Positions 50,966 through 63,570 are shown, numbered from the stretch's first letter. The stretch is DNA of 64,000 nucleotides from Octopus sinensis (GCF_006345805.1 NC_043010.1:53010001-53074000), one strand, 5' to 3'. Numbers and translations are program-made. The notes: generated by a model not told the origin, from the sequence alone.

Positions 50966-53900
50966 TAAAAAGAATCTAGTGAAGGTGGTTATAGTGTGTG
51001 TCACTAAAACTGTATTTATGGATAGAAAAATTAAAATGATGGAGGCTGTTTGTTGAGTGGAAATTTTCAACGTTTCATACGTAATTCCTTCATCAGGAAG
51101 AGGAGGATGATTAGTCTCAGTAGGAGGATATGGAGAAACCAAACGAAAGTGGATAATGGAAGTTGAATTATCCATGCGTGGGAGGAAAATCGAAGAAGCG
51201 CGAATGGAGAAAAATATTTATCTACAGATCAATATCCCTATCAATTTTTGCAAAGATGGCTGATGAAATGGTTCGGTTATGTGATTATATAATAGAGGAA
51301 TGTAATATATAATTGAATAAAAAGGTAATGATGATATGGATATATTCGCGATATGAACAATGTCTCTATTCATATTCATTACATATATATATACGTAGAT
51401 ATTCATACATGCATACATGCACCTACACATACATACATACATACATACATACATACATACATACATACATACATACATACATACATACATACATACATAC
51501 ATACATAGACATACACACACGCACAGAGGCGTGAAAAGCTTCGATGAAAAATATTTTTCTCCACATACTGTGTTGTCAAAATTATGAAAAGATGGATAAT
51601 TCATAAAACATATATTTATACATATCAGTTATAAATTCATTTATTAAAATATTTACATGGTCCAAAATTGGTGATATGTCCATATTCAGTTGTGGTTGAT
51701 AATTTTTAATTAATGTAGTTTCATTATTTAACTGTTGTGCAGTTGTTTCACTAAATTAGTAAACAGGAGAAATTGTGAAGTTTGGTTGGAAATTACCTGG
51801 ATATCTTTCTATGTCTTCGCTTAATTTGTTCATATCTTGGGAACCAGATTTCTTCCTTGTGCAGTGTTGTTCGTCTGAGAGACTTTCTTGCTTGACCTAT
51901 ATAGTTGTGTCCACATTCTGAACAAGTTATCACATAGATTAACTTTTTGTATGCACAGGTAAACTCAGTCTTAATTTTCAGTCATTTTCCTTGTTTAAAA
52001 TGGAATTCTGATCAGTGGGTTGAAAAATGTTTCACAGTTAGGTAGCCTACATTTGTTTAACTCACGGTATCGTTGTTGTTGGGTATAATTTCGCACCTGT
52101 CAGACTTAAGTCATTTTCTTTGCTTTTACTTTCGATAAATTAGTGTGCAGAGAATTGACTTCATCTTAGGGCCCCTAGTGAGCATAGATAAAATTTGAAT
52201 AATAGCTTTATATATTATTTACTTTATTTATATTATTTACAATTGACGGATATTTGTCCTCACCTTGTTTGTTGTTAACACAACATTTCAGCTGATATAC
52301 TCTCCGGCCTTCATCAAATGTCTTGGAGAAATTTCGAATCTTGGTCCTCATTTCTTAGGTATTTTTCGATGTTATTATCATTAATAATATTATTCAGGTC
52401 ACTGCCTAGAATCGAACTCGGAATCTTGGAGTTAGCAGTCCGCGCTCTTAACCACTATGTCATATGCCCGTAAATAACGTAAATAATGTACATAATTCCT
52501 CATCTCTTGAATATAGAACTGTAATAGCTTTATATGGCTTATTATTTTTAGGGATGTGGGTAGAAATATAGGGTAGTATTTTTAAACTGGGTGGGTTATT
52601 TCGTTGTATTTCCCTTAGTGTTTCGATAACAATTCTCTTCGCCCATTTTATCTCATCATCATGAAGTCGTAGGTCCCGGGTATTTGCATCGGATGCTAAT
52701 GTGCAAATCCTTCATGCTAAATAAAAAAGAATATTTATTTTACTGTCTTTTGGGTGACATGAGTCGAATAACAGGTATTGCTTTGAGTCTGTGGGTATAT
52801 AATAGATGTCGTTTTCCATTAGGTTACTGACTACTTTTAATTAAAATGTCAAGGAATGGAAATTTTTCTTTGCAGTATTCCATTGTAAATTGAATGTTAA
52901 TATTCATACCGTTGAGAAGGCGGTCAGCCGGACAAAATGTTTAGCGGCATTTAATCTGTCTTTACTTTCTCAGATCAAATTCCTCCCAGATCGATTTTAC
53001 CTTTCATCATTTCGGGGTTGATATAATCTACTTCTCCCTCCCCGAAAATCGCTGCATTTTGTACTAAAACTTCGAAATCAGTATTTATAAAACCGAGCAG
53101 TGGTTTAAATTCCAAAGGATAAAACAGTCGTCCAAATATCTTTGCCAGTTCTCGTTTATATATTGGTGAAATGATTATCCACACTTTTGTAGTAATACTT
53201 GATATATAGTCAATTCTAAATATCCTATGGTTAGGTTTGCAAGATCTGGGGCTGTTTTTGTTCCCATCGCAATTCCACATTTTTTGTTAATTGTAATAGG
53301 TATGAAACATGAAGTAATTGTTCAGGAGGATAAATTTTAATGCTTCAACAATGAATTCCTTGTTGATGCGCCCAGGTAGTTCTTCTGAATATTTCTTCAA
53401 CTAGAATTTGATTCTGTCTATTTTATAATTGTGTGGGATATTAGCATACAGGTTCACAGCATCGTAGGATACCATAACTGTCTCTTCATTGATTGTTTGG
53501 GGACGTGGTTTAGCATATTCAGATAATCTCTAATGAAGTTTTTGGCATATTTCAGAAGGGGTTGCAGTAGGAAGTCAAGTAAATTGCTCAAGCGATGTGT
53601 TTCTCATGATGAGCCAGCTACAACGGATTTTAGTTTTAAATCTTGTTAATGTATATACAGAGTAATTGATTGCTGGCTTCATTAATTATCTGGCACTTGA
53701 GGATTTTTGGTAAACCTTAAAAAGGAATAGGTTTAAACTGAAAATTTGTTATATAATCAATTTCTTTGTCTGTCAGGCATTTTCCATGTTGGTGAAGTAA
53801 AGACGAGAGTTTTTTAAAAATTATTTTCAAACTTTTCGGAGTAGGAATCGTTTTCTCGCATGGACAGTACTATTTCTTTGTAATATTCTGTATCCATCAG

Positions 53901-54213
53901 TACTACAACACTTTCTTTATCGGCTTCTTTGTCAATTCTTTATCATTTCCCAATTCAATTAAGTTTTTTTTTTTCCATTCTGTAGTGATGAAGTTTGAGT
54001 TAATTCTATCTTTGCATAATGCATTATACGGGAAATTCAGAAAACGGTCACAGAATTCATCGAGTGTTTTATTCCCACCTTCAGGAGGGAGATAATTGCT
54101 TTTGTTTTTAACAAGTGAATCCTCGTCGTTATAAGAGTTAAGTAGTTGCTTTTGCGATACACATTCTTGGCAAAATTCTGTAACATCGCCTGCATGGGGT
54201 TGGGGTAAATTTG
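50966..54213 (-). mobile_element. Near full-length decayed Penelope-like retroelement (RT, GIY-YIG, 3' HHR)
   Basis: GIAMGTKTAP (about 53249-53277), RYLDDCF (53121-53141), FTMEYCKEKFPFLDIL, LIYVITCSECGHNYIGQ (about 51890-51945); HHR core CTGATGA...GAAACGTT at about 51066-51100 with a degraded stem II; many stops; insertions at 52214 and 52918. Confidence 0.9.
52214..52521 (-). mobile_element. tRNA(Ser)-headed SINE-like element with an HHR-bearing tail and 14-bp TSD
   Basis: TSD taatagctttatat at 52200-52213 and 52522-52535; head 52396-52469 with A-box tgacatagtgg, anticodon arm ggactgctaactcc and B-box gagttcgattc; HHR gacau UUGAUGA a ggccg..cagcu GAAAUGU U guguu at 52277-52322. Confidence 0.8.
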
Positions 54214-54216
54214 AGT

Positions 54217-54484
54217 CCTTTCGATATTCTTCTTTTACTCTTTTGCTTGTTCCAGTTCTTTGACTATGGCCATGCTGGAGCACCACCTTGAAAGATTTTA
54301 GACGAACAAAGCGAGCCCAGAACTTATTCCTTTTAAGCTTAGTACTTATTGCAGCTATCTCTTTTGCCAAACCATTAAGTTACGGGGACGTAAACACACC
54401 AACACCGGTTATTAAGCGGTGCCGGTGTGGCTCAAACACAGTCACAAAGGCATAAACACATAGATACATCCCCATATATATATA

Positions 54485-54542
<58 letters not shown>

Positions 54543-55029
54543 CAATAAGATTCAAGTAACTTCCAATGAATTTACTTGAATGTGGTACTTAACTTAGATG
54601 CACCAGAAAAACTATATGGTGTTATCCATACAGTAATGTGGGGTGATTATAAACGAGAAAGAAGCACAAGAATGGATTGGTTTTTAGTACAATTGTTTCA
54701 TACAAAGACCGGCTTTATTACAAGTTGCAAAAATTGCAGCAGATAAAAGTGTCCCGTACTCATCAGCTAAAATACATATGAGTTCTCTAGACATCTTAGT
54801 GGGTGAGGTTATACTCATGAGATATTGGAGATAGTTCCATTAGAGGCAGATATAGGTTGTAAACAGTTTTCCAAAGTTCCTTAATGATGATGCACAGTCT
54901 TATCGCAGATTTTTAAAAAACTTATTAGTTTCGAAGAGAAGATGAATCAATCCATAGTGTAGATTTAAATTTCCAGAGATATGAAGAGGATGATGTACAG
55001 ACTTATCACACACATATATATATATAATT

Positions 55030-55075
<46 letters not shown>

Positions 55076-55190
55076 GACAGATTTCTTTCAGTTTCCATCT
55101 GCCAAATCCATTCACAAGGCTTTGGTCGGCTTGTGGTTATGTAGGAAACATTTGTCCAAGGTGCTATGTAGTAGGACTGAACCCGTAACA
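54217..55190 (-). mobile_element. SINE family A split by an HHR element in its internal (TA)n
   Basis: Tail 54217-54440, insertion 54537-55010, head 55072-55190. Confidence 0.8.
54682..54772 (-). ncRNA. Type I hammerhead motif, intact core, 60-nt stem II
   Basis: uuuuag CUGAUGA guacgggac...gucuuuguau GAA ACAAUUGU A cuaaaa: 6-bp stem I, palindromic stem III, GUA triplet. Confidence 0.85.
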
Positions 55191-55721
55191 ACTTAGCTGT
55201 AAATGAGCGAAGGGGTAACTCTAAGAAGGATGGGCTTCCTCGTCCGAGAAATGTTGGGATCTCGGTCACTTATACACCAAAGAAACTGAGAAGAGAGAGA
55301 GAGAGAGTGAGAGAGAGAAGTATTAAAACGTCTGATGTCAAATAAGTCATCGTCGAATCAGCGATGACAAATAAGGGGCACCAGTACATCTATGTATAAA
55401 CCGCTCTTTTCCAGTTGCCGTATATTGGTGAGCGACATAAATCCAATCACTTGAATAATCTTACTTTTGGATGATAAGGTAGAGATACATACACACTAAC
55501 AAACACTACACTAATGCTCTTATATATATATATATATATGAGACTCATGAAGGGAGGCTATGAGGTTATTCGATTTACTAGAAATAGCAGCCAATCTTTC
55601 ACAATTCCCGTTATAGACTTTTTGAGTAGGAAACATTGGACAGCGTAGTTGTGTGTATGTACACACACACACACACACGCACACACACTCACACACACGC
55701 ATGCACACACACATGCATATC

Positions 55722-56125
55722 ATTTTATTCTTCCATTCTTTTATACTTGTTTCAGTAATTTCAGGCATCTGACTGCGACCATACTGTGGCACCATCGTTT
55801 ATCGAACAAATCTGCCCCAGATTTATTTAAGTCTGGTACTTATTCCATCGGGTCTTTGGCCGAACAGCAAATTTACGGGGACATAAACACACCAACACCG
55901 GTTGTCAAGCGGTGATGGAGGACAAACACACATCACACACACACACACACACACACACGCACATAAATATATACATATATACATACAACGGGCTTCTTTC
56001 AGTTTTCGTCTACCAAATCTACTCGCAAGGCTTTGGTCGGCCCAACAATTGCCCAAGGTGGCACGCAGTGGGACTGCTTCGAGAACTATGTGGTTGAGGA
56101 GCAAGCGTCTTACCACACTCCCATG
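55722..56125 (-). mobile_element. SINE family A, diverged full length
   Basis: Tail, (CA)n and head similar to the 35357 copy. Confidence 0.8.
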
Positions 56126-56245
56126 AAAAAGACACGATGGTCATGGGTGGAGCAACATTGATTTTGATTATAACTATACTCAGTTATGGTCGACCAGAGG
56201 CTAACTGTTGACGAAGATCTCGGTCACTTATACACCAAAGAAACT

Positions 56246-56288
<43 letters not shown>

Positions 56289-56650
56289 GAGTGAGAGAGA
56301 GAGAGAGAGAGGAGAGAGAGAGCTAATACAAAAAGTTAAGTCCACCGAAATCCACTTTCTGTTTCATCCTTTCGAGGTCGATAAAATAAATACCAGTTGG
56401 ACATTGGGGTCGATATAATCGACTTATCCACTCGCCTGGAATTGTTGCTTTGTGCTAAAATTTTGGAAGATTATTATCATTTCAGCGCACGCGCGAACAC
56501 ACTGACACTCGCTCACACACACAAAGACACATACACACACAAACATACGTAAGTATTGCTAAAGCTTATCTACACAAAGACCGCATTATATAGAAGAATA
56601 TAAATACACGCAAACGTAGAATACACGCACAGACGTTGACAAATACCTAA

Positions 56651-56682
<32 letters not shown>

Positions 56683-57074
56683 TGAGAGAGAGATGAAGTG
56701 AGAGAGAGATGAAGTGAGAGAGAGATGAAGTGAGAGAGAGATGAAGTGAGAGAGAGAGAGAGAGAGAGAACAAAAAAGGGGAGACATGAAAGGAGAGACG
56801 AAGAGAAAGAAGCATATAGAAAAATCACATATATGTATGCGTATATATATAATATATATATACATATGTATATATACTTATATAAATACACACACATACA
56901 TATATATGTGTATATGCTTATATATATATACAAATATATATATATATACATATATATACATATATATATACATACATATACATGCTTACATATGTACTTA
57001 TATCTATGTGCCCAAGCATTATATATATACATACCATATATATATATATATATATATACGTACATATATATACA

Positions 57075-57145
<71 letters not shown>

Positions 57146-58325
57146 CATATATGTATATATATATATGCAGAAGTCTATATACACATGCACAGATCTATAT
57201 GTATTGATATACATACAATTTCTATACACATCCCTATGTGTATTTGTAAATTTATGTGTGTGTATGCGTTTATGTGTGAAGTCGCTATCACACCATGGCA
57301 CCATCACACCAACAAGACGACCGACTAACCAACCAACCCACCAACCAGCCGACCAGCCAACAAGACGTCCACCCTACAAAACTACCAAACCATCTATCCA
57401 TCTAAACAGCCGTCCATCCATCCATCCATCCAGCCAGCCAGCCAGCCAGCCAGCTGTCCGCCCACCCAGACAGCCTCAACCCAACAACGTCCAAATCCCC
57501 ATAGTCATTACCTAACCTCAACCACCACCAACCCTGTCCTCCTACAACGCACACACAGACGCACACACGTACAGCTAATACGCATACCACCTCCCTACGT
57601 CTCTCCTACTGCATCTACTACACCAGTCCACACAATTTTTGAGACCAGAGAGAACCAGACATGAGAACGCGATCGATAAATATTTCCAACGTCCTCATGT
57701 TACACTCTTCCTGTCTTCCATACATTCTCTTACATGCTATGTATTGGTTCTTATCGATCTATTCTCAACCTGCCAGACTGTCGAACGCCTATCTCCAGTT
57801 ATGTATGCATGCATGTATGTATATATATATATGTATGTATGTATGCATTATGTATGTATGTGTGTAGGTAGGTCTGTAGGAAGGCAGTTAGGTAGGTAGG
57901 TATATATGTGTAAACGCGTATGTATCAACTACGCGTATAGAATGTGCATATATATATGTATATGTGTATGTATGTGTAGATGTTTGGTGTGTATGTGCAC
58001 ATTGTAGTCATAAGTATGTATGTATATGTATGTACATTCACATATAGCATATATATATGCGTGTGTGTATAAATATTTATCCCTATGTATTTGTATGTAT
58101 ACTTACGTATATAAATATATCTATATATATGTATGTATGAATATGTATACATAAGTATGAATATATATACATACATACACATGCACACACACATACATAT
58201 AAAATTCAACATATACGAACACTCACACACATATATATACACATACATATAAAAGTTAGTTTTCTATTCATGTATGCGTACGTCCATATATATATATGCG
58301 TATACACACACACATATATATGTAC

Positions 58326-58392
<67 letters not shown>

Positions 58393-58659
58393 GACATAGA
58401 CTCGAATAAGTATATATATCGATATATCGATATATATATTATATATATGTGTGTGTGTATGTGTGTATATACATATGCATATGCATAGATATTGCACAAG
58501 CACGTACATATACAAACAGAGAAACGTTCATACGTATACATACATATTCATAAACGCGCGCTCCCATGTATATGGTGTTTTTCTTCTACATTTTACCACG
58601 GATACATACCAAATACTTACACATATACACAATTCTTGTGTCTAGCTGATGGTGTCGAA

Positions 58660-58830
58660 GATAACGACTGAGTTGTCGGTGGTGATGATGATGATGATGA
58701 CGACGATGATGATGATGATGTTGGTGATCATGACTATGATGATTATGATGATGATGATGATGATGACGACGACATCGACAGCGACGGTGATGGCGGCTGT
58801 TACGCCGTCGACCGCCATGATGATTCTGAC
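58660..58830. repeat. Degenerate (GAT)n/(GAC)n tract
   Basis: Direct reading; explains the poly-Met and poly-Ile ORFs. Confidence 0.9.
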
Positions 58831-59265
58831 GCTGTTATCAAACATTGATGGAATTCTCTAACCTGCTTACGTACGCACACATAAATACACGCGTACACAA
58901 GTACACGTATACATACATACATACACACACGAACATACATAGATATATACATACATACTTACATACATATACATATATATATGCATATACATATATATAT
59001 ATATACATATATGTATATACTTATGCATGTACATATACGTAAAGACTATAGATATACATATGTACGTATGTACATACTTACGAACACGTACGTGCGACAT
59101 ACATACACACATGCATATGTACATATATATAAACGCGTAGAAATATCTATGTCATTCGCACACACGTATTTATATATCCGTGTACATACACATACACACA
59201 AATACACATGACACACAAACTTACACACTATCTGGTACGTCAGTACTTACAAATATATATATTGG

Positions 59266-59305
<40 letters not shown>

Positions 59306-59318
59306 TGTATATATATAT

Positions 59319-59364
<46 letters not shown>

Positions 59365-59859
59365 AGTTCTTTAGGTATCTGTTGGTTGCCTGTGTGCCTG
59401 CTTGCCGGTTTGTCAGTCTGTCTGTCTCCTCATTGCTCTATATGTACGTGTGGACGTACGCATATGTGTATGTAGTTACACATTATTGCATAAAATATAT
59501 TGACGAGACGGTTATATTACCATGCCATACCATACATAGTTCTACTATGAACAAATGTTACAAATGTGTCATGGTTAAATCGTGTAGGTTTTCGATACAG
59601 AAGTTGTAGGTTTGAGTTATATCATTTCTGGTCAAAACTCTGTTAACTAATTATGAGGAAAGTATAACACAAAATGATCTCCCTTGAATTTGACTATAAT
59701 GACTCCAAGTTAACGAGGGCTCATTATGTAAACGATAGACCTATTACAAACAGCAGCTAAATTGACTTACGCAACTATCCATCTTCGTGTCTGAATATAG
59801 GGAAAGACTCATTATATAACCGCTTCTACTTCAGGCAGAAGGCGTGAAGGTTTTGTGGA

Positions 59860-60030
59860 GGAGACTAGTCGAGTGCATCGACCCCACTGCTCGACTGGTA
59901 CTTATTTTATCGACCGCGAAAGGATAAAAACTAAAGGTGACCTTAGCGAAAATTGAACTCAGGACGTAAAGTCATGAAATGCTGCTAAGCATTTTGGCTG
60001 AGATGCTAACGATTCTGCCAGCTCACCACG
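59860..60030 (-). mobile_element. SINE family C, diverged
   Basis: ctggtacttattttatcgacc...gaactcaggacgtaaag...gctaacgattctgccagctcacc. Confidence 0.75.
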
Positions 60031-60179
60031 GATGACTTATTATGCAATGTCGACCTAATTATTGTTTACTTGTGGGTATTTGTACTGTTGATTCTGTTGT
60101 ATTGCCTGTGGTTAGACCAGACTGATCTTGGCTATGGTCAAAGGCATTCCATCCATGACCAGCATGCCTTATTTTCATT

Positions 60180-60560
60180 GGCGTCCCGCGACCGTGTGAT
60201 TAAGTAGTTCGCTTTGTAACCACATGATTTTAAGTCCAGTCTCACTGCGCAGAATCTTAGGCAAAGTGTCTTTCTACTATAGCCCCAGATGGACGAACAC
60301 CTTGTGAGAAAATCTAGTGGACGGAAATTGTATGGAAGCCCGTCGCATATATGTTTCTATGTGTATGTGTGTGTGCGTTCGTGTTTGTCCACCTGTCACC
60401 TATCAACTGTTGTTGATTTGTTTACAACCCCGTAACTGAAATATTCGGCAAAAAAAAAAGGGCAGAAAGAATAAAAAATTAATACTGGTTTCGATTTGTT
60501 CGACGAAAGCCTTGAAGGCAGTGCTCCATCATGGCCGCTGTCCATTGACTGAAATGAATT
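60180..60560 (+). mobile_element. SINE family A, old diverged copy
   Basis: Recognisable head, gacggaaattgtatggaagcccgtcg and tail ctccatcatggccgctgtc. Confidence 0.7.
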
Positions 60561-60930
60561 AAATATAAAATATTTGCAGGTAACTTGAGACCACACTCTA
60601 GGGTGTGATTTTCTTGGAGGAAATTTGGCTCTTATTTCTAGTGGACCGAGCGACCAGTTCGGGGTCTCCCAGTTTGGCTCGTGCGGTACTGAATGTGTTG
60701 TTAAAGGAGACAGATGCAATAAAGCACAACAATTGTTTTATATTTCCTTCCTGTCCTGTTGAATGATGTTCATAGTACCCGTCTGATGATTGTCACGACT
60801 ATTTGTGCGACATTTTAATGAACTTTGGCCATTTTGGATTTTCATTAGTTGAAACTAACAGGGGTTGCATACACCCCTTGCAGATTGCAGATTATCGCTA
60901 ACTGGGACATGTTCTTTTCTAGATATTTAT

Positions 60931-61250
60931 AAGGAGCACTCCGTCGGTTGCGACGACGAGGGTCCCAGCTGATACGATCAACGGAACAGCTTGCTCGTGA
61001 AATTAACGTGGCTGAGCACTCCACAAACACGTGTACCCTTAACGTAGTTCTCGGGGAGATTCAGCATGACACAGAGTGTGACAAGGTTGGCCCTTTGAAA
61101 GACAGGTACTACTCATTTTTTCAAGCTGAGCGGATTGGAGCAACGTGAAATAAAGTGTCTTGCTCAAGGACACAATGCGCCGCCGGGAATTGAACTCACG
61201 ACCATACGATCATGAGCTGAATGCTCCTAACCACTAAACCACGCGTCTTC
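60931..61250 (-). mobile_element. SINE with a D/E-type head and core and a B-type tail
   Basis: Head gagttcaattccc and cttgagcaagacactttatttcacgttgctcc joined to the family B tail (gaactacgttaagggtacacg...aaccgacggagtgc). Confidence 0.75.
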
Positions 61251-61479
61251 ACTTTAAATATTTAAAAGACAACCACGCAGTGGATAATGTAGATATCCAG
61301 GACGTAATTATTTTTTTTGAAACCAGCACCAGTTGCATACAAGTTCTCACAATATTAAACATTGAAGTTTACTCTTCTGAATAAGCATATCGTAACCCAT
61401 GTAGGGTGGTTTCCGAAGTCTTGGTCTATCCCTTTCCAAAGGTTAACTTGCGTTCGGTTTGGAGAGGTATATTCGCAGC

Positions 61480-61845
61480 TAATCTTTATATAAGAAAAGC
61501 ACAAACTTGGACAGTGTGTGACGAACGCATGAGAATATAGAGGTCAAGACTCAAGGGGACTCTTCCTTGCCACTGTGGAGTCAGTGCTCTCGTATAGTAG
61601 CGAAATATCGACTCTTACCAAAGAAGCAAAGAAGATTTTAGATGGCTGTTACACAAGAATTCTACGAATGGCCCTGGATGCGAAATGGCAGCATTCACTG
61701 TGGAATTCTTCCAAAAATGATCTACAAGTTCACTGAACAACGCCTTCGCATATCAAGTAATTCCATGCGGCACCAGGAGAAAGAAGCACAGCATGGTACC
61801 GCCAAGCGTGAGAGACGTTGTTTGACATTTATCGACAATCTGTAG
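61480..61845 (+). mobile_element. RTEX/RTE-like LINE 3' remnant
   Basis: LFLATVESVLSYSSEISTLTKEAKKILDGCYTRILRMAL...LPK...EQRLR...HGTAKRERRCLTFIDNL. Confidence 0.75.
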
Positions 61846-62471
61846 TTAGGGCCACGCAGGATTGAATTCTACACATGAACTGGCGTAACAGCTTTGTCTT
61901 CTAGGACCGGATGGAAGCTTGGTCAAATTTATGTAAGTGAAGTGAGACGTCGAACAAAAGAGAGTTGTGTTTCAAAATATTATTAAACACCTACAATAGA
62001 TTTAGATATGTTCACGACATGATACAGATAATCTAATAAACCATCCCTTCAGCCATCTTGTCTCTATATAAGACAAATGACCATCCCTTACTGTTTTTAG
62101 GTAATTAAGGGAGTTACAAATCAATGCAAGTAACTAAATGAGCTATTGTACTCCAGCGTTTTATGTGATTACAGATAGAGAAAGCGGTACAAATATCCTC
62201 CGGGGGCCTCATTAGTTATTCTCTGTAAACTACGAAATGCTGAGATAAACTTAGTGCCTAGTATCTTTTAAAATTTGTATCTTACTATCGTAATAAATTC
62301 TTGCATAATAAAATGAAATCAAATGATAACTACAGATTCATAGCAAAATTTAAAAAAGCATTTGGGAGTTGTACACTTTAGTTTCCCATACGAAGAGATA
62401 TAACGTTTTCTGAGCTTACCTTTATAAGTCTGAAAGAATTGTTTTCCTTTTTGATTAAATTTAAATTTGAA

Positions 62472-62539
<68 letters not shown>

Positions 62540-62631
62540 TTCTCGCTCTCACTTTTCCCGTTTCATTCATGTATCTTACATTACTTGTTTCAGAGTCAGG
62601 AAATATTCAAAATGAGGATAATAATGGTTAC

Positions 62632-62840
62632 AAATTTTGGCACAAGACCAACGATTTCGGAGGAGAGGGCAAGTTGATTGCATCAACTCCAGTGCTCAAT
62701 TGGTACTTATTTTATCGACCCCCCAAAAGGATGAAAGATAAAGTTGACCCCAGCAGAATTTGAACTCAGTTTGTAAAGATGACCGAAAAGCCGTTATGCG
62801 TTTTGCCCGGCGTGGTAACGATTCTGCCAGTTCGCTGCTT
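62632..62840 (-). mobile_element. SINE family C
   Basis: ggtacttattttatcgaccccc...gaatttgaactcag...taacgattctgccagttcgc. Confidence 0.75.
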
Positions 62841-63219
62841 TAATAGTGAGGGTAATATTGATAAACAGAGTGGTGTATATTGAAAATCTTGGTTTAAAGG
62901 GCCGTTTTGTCAGCTCTTTTTTTTTTTTGTAGAGTACGCTTTTGCAATCCGGACAATTGAAACAAAGACAATATGCCAGATGCACGAAAAATGTTAGTGA
63001 TGCGGGAAAAACACTTAAAGCATTTTCCGCCCAACAATTCAGCATAAAATATTTTCTAAGCATGTAATGTAAACAATCACACATAGTCACAATCTTTCCA
63101 AATGCTTGGTTCTCATAATTCATCTTGGAGTATATAAATCGACCTACCTTTCTTGGCTGTAAATTTTAGCCTGAAAACATCGACTTGTACGGCGGGAAAT
63201 AGTGCATACGTGAAAAAAA

Positions 63220-63570
63220 ACATAACTATACAGACTCTGTGGAGTTCACTTTGAAGATGTGTCTTACATCATAAACAGCTGTCTGAAATGTCATCGAGAT
63301 TTTATCGAGCAATGAGGCTTGATGTAACGATTATACATTTCACATTTCAAATCGTAGAAATAATAATTTCAAAAGGTCAGTATATGAGATGTTTCAGTGA
63401 TGTTAAGGACAACCTCATCCATATTGTAAAAGAATACTGGCGGAATGTTCCTGTGAAATGTATGGTGCGCAACAATCTAGAAATATTGATCTGGTATAAA
63501 GAAAAGAAAACGTCGACTCTGATAGAAATCAGTTGCTCAGAAGATGTTGACATGATTTTAAAGACTACGA
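63220..63570 (+). mobile_element. R4/Dong/NeSL-type (restriction-like endonuclease) non-LTR fragment
   Basis: EDVSYIINSC(fs)MSSRFYRAMRLD zinc-knuckle remnant and EYWRNVPVK...ILIWYKEKKTSTLIEISCSEDVD RLE-domain remnant. Confidence 0.65.

Noticed and set aside
60778-60860. CTGATGA followed by a hairpin and a distant GAAAC
   Set aside because: No valid stem III/NUH or stem I partner; the same applies to CTGATGA hits near 1085, 7652, 12383, 40889 and 51260.
15220-61250. tRNA genes at A-box/B-box matches
   Set aside because: All are SINE heads followed by shared SINE bodies, with no complete cloverleaf or terminator.
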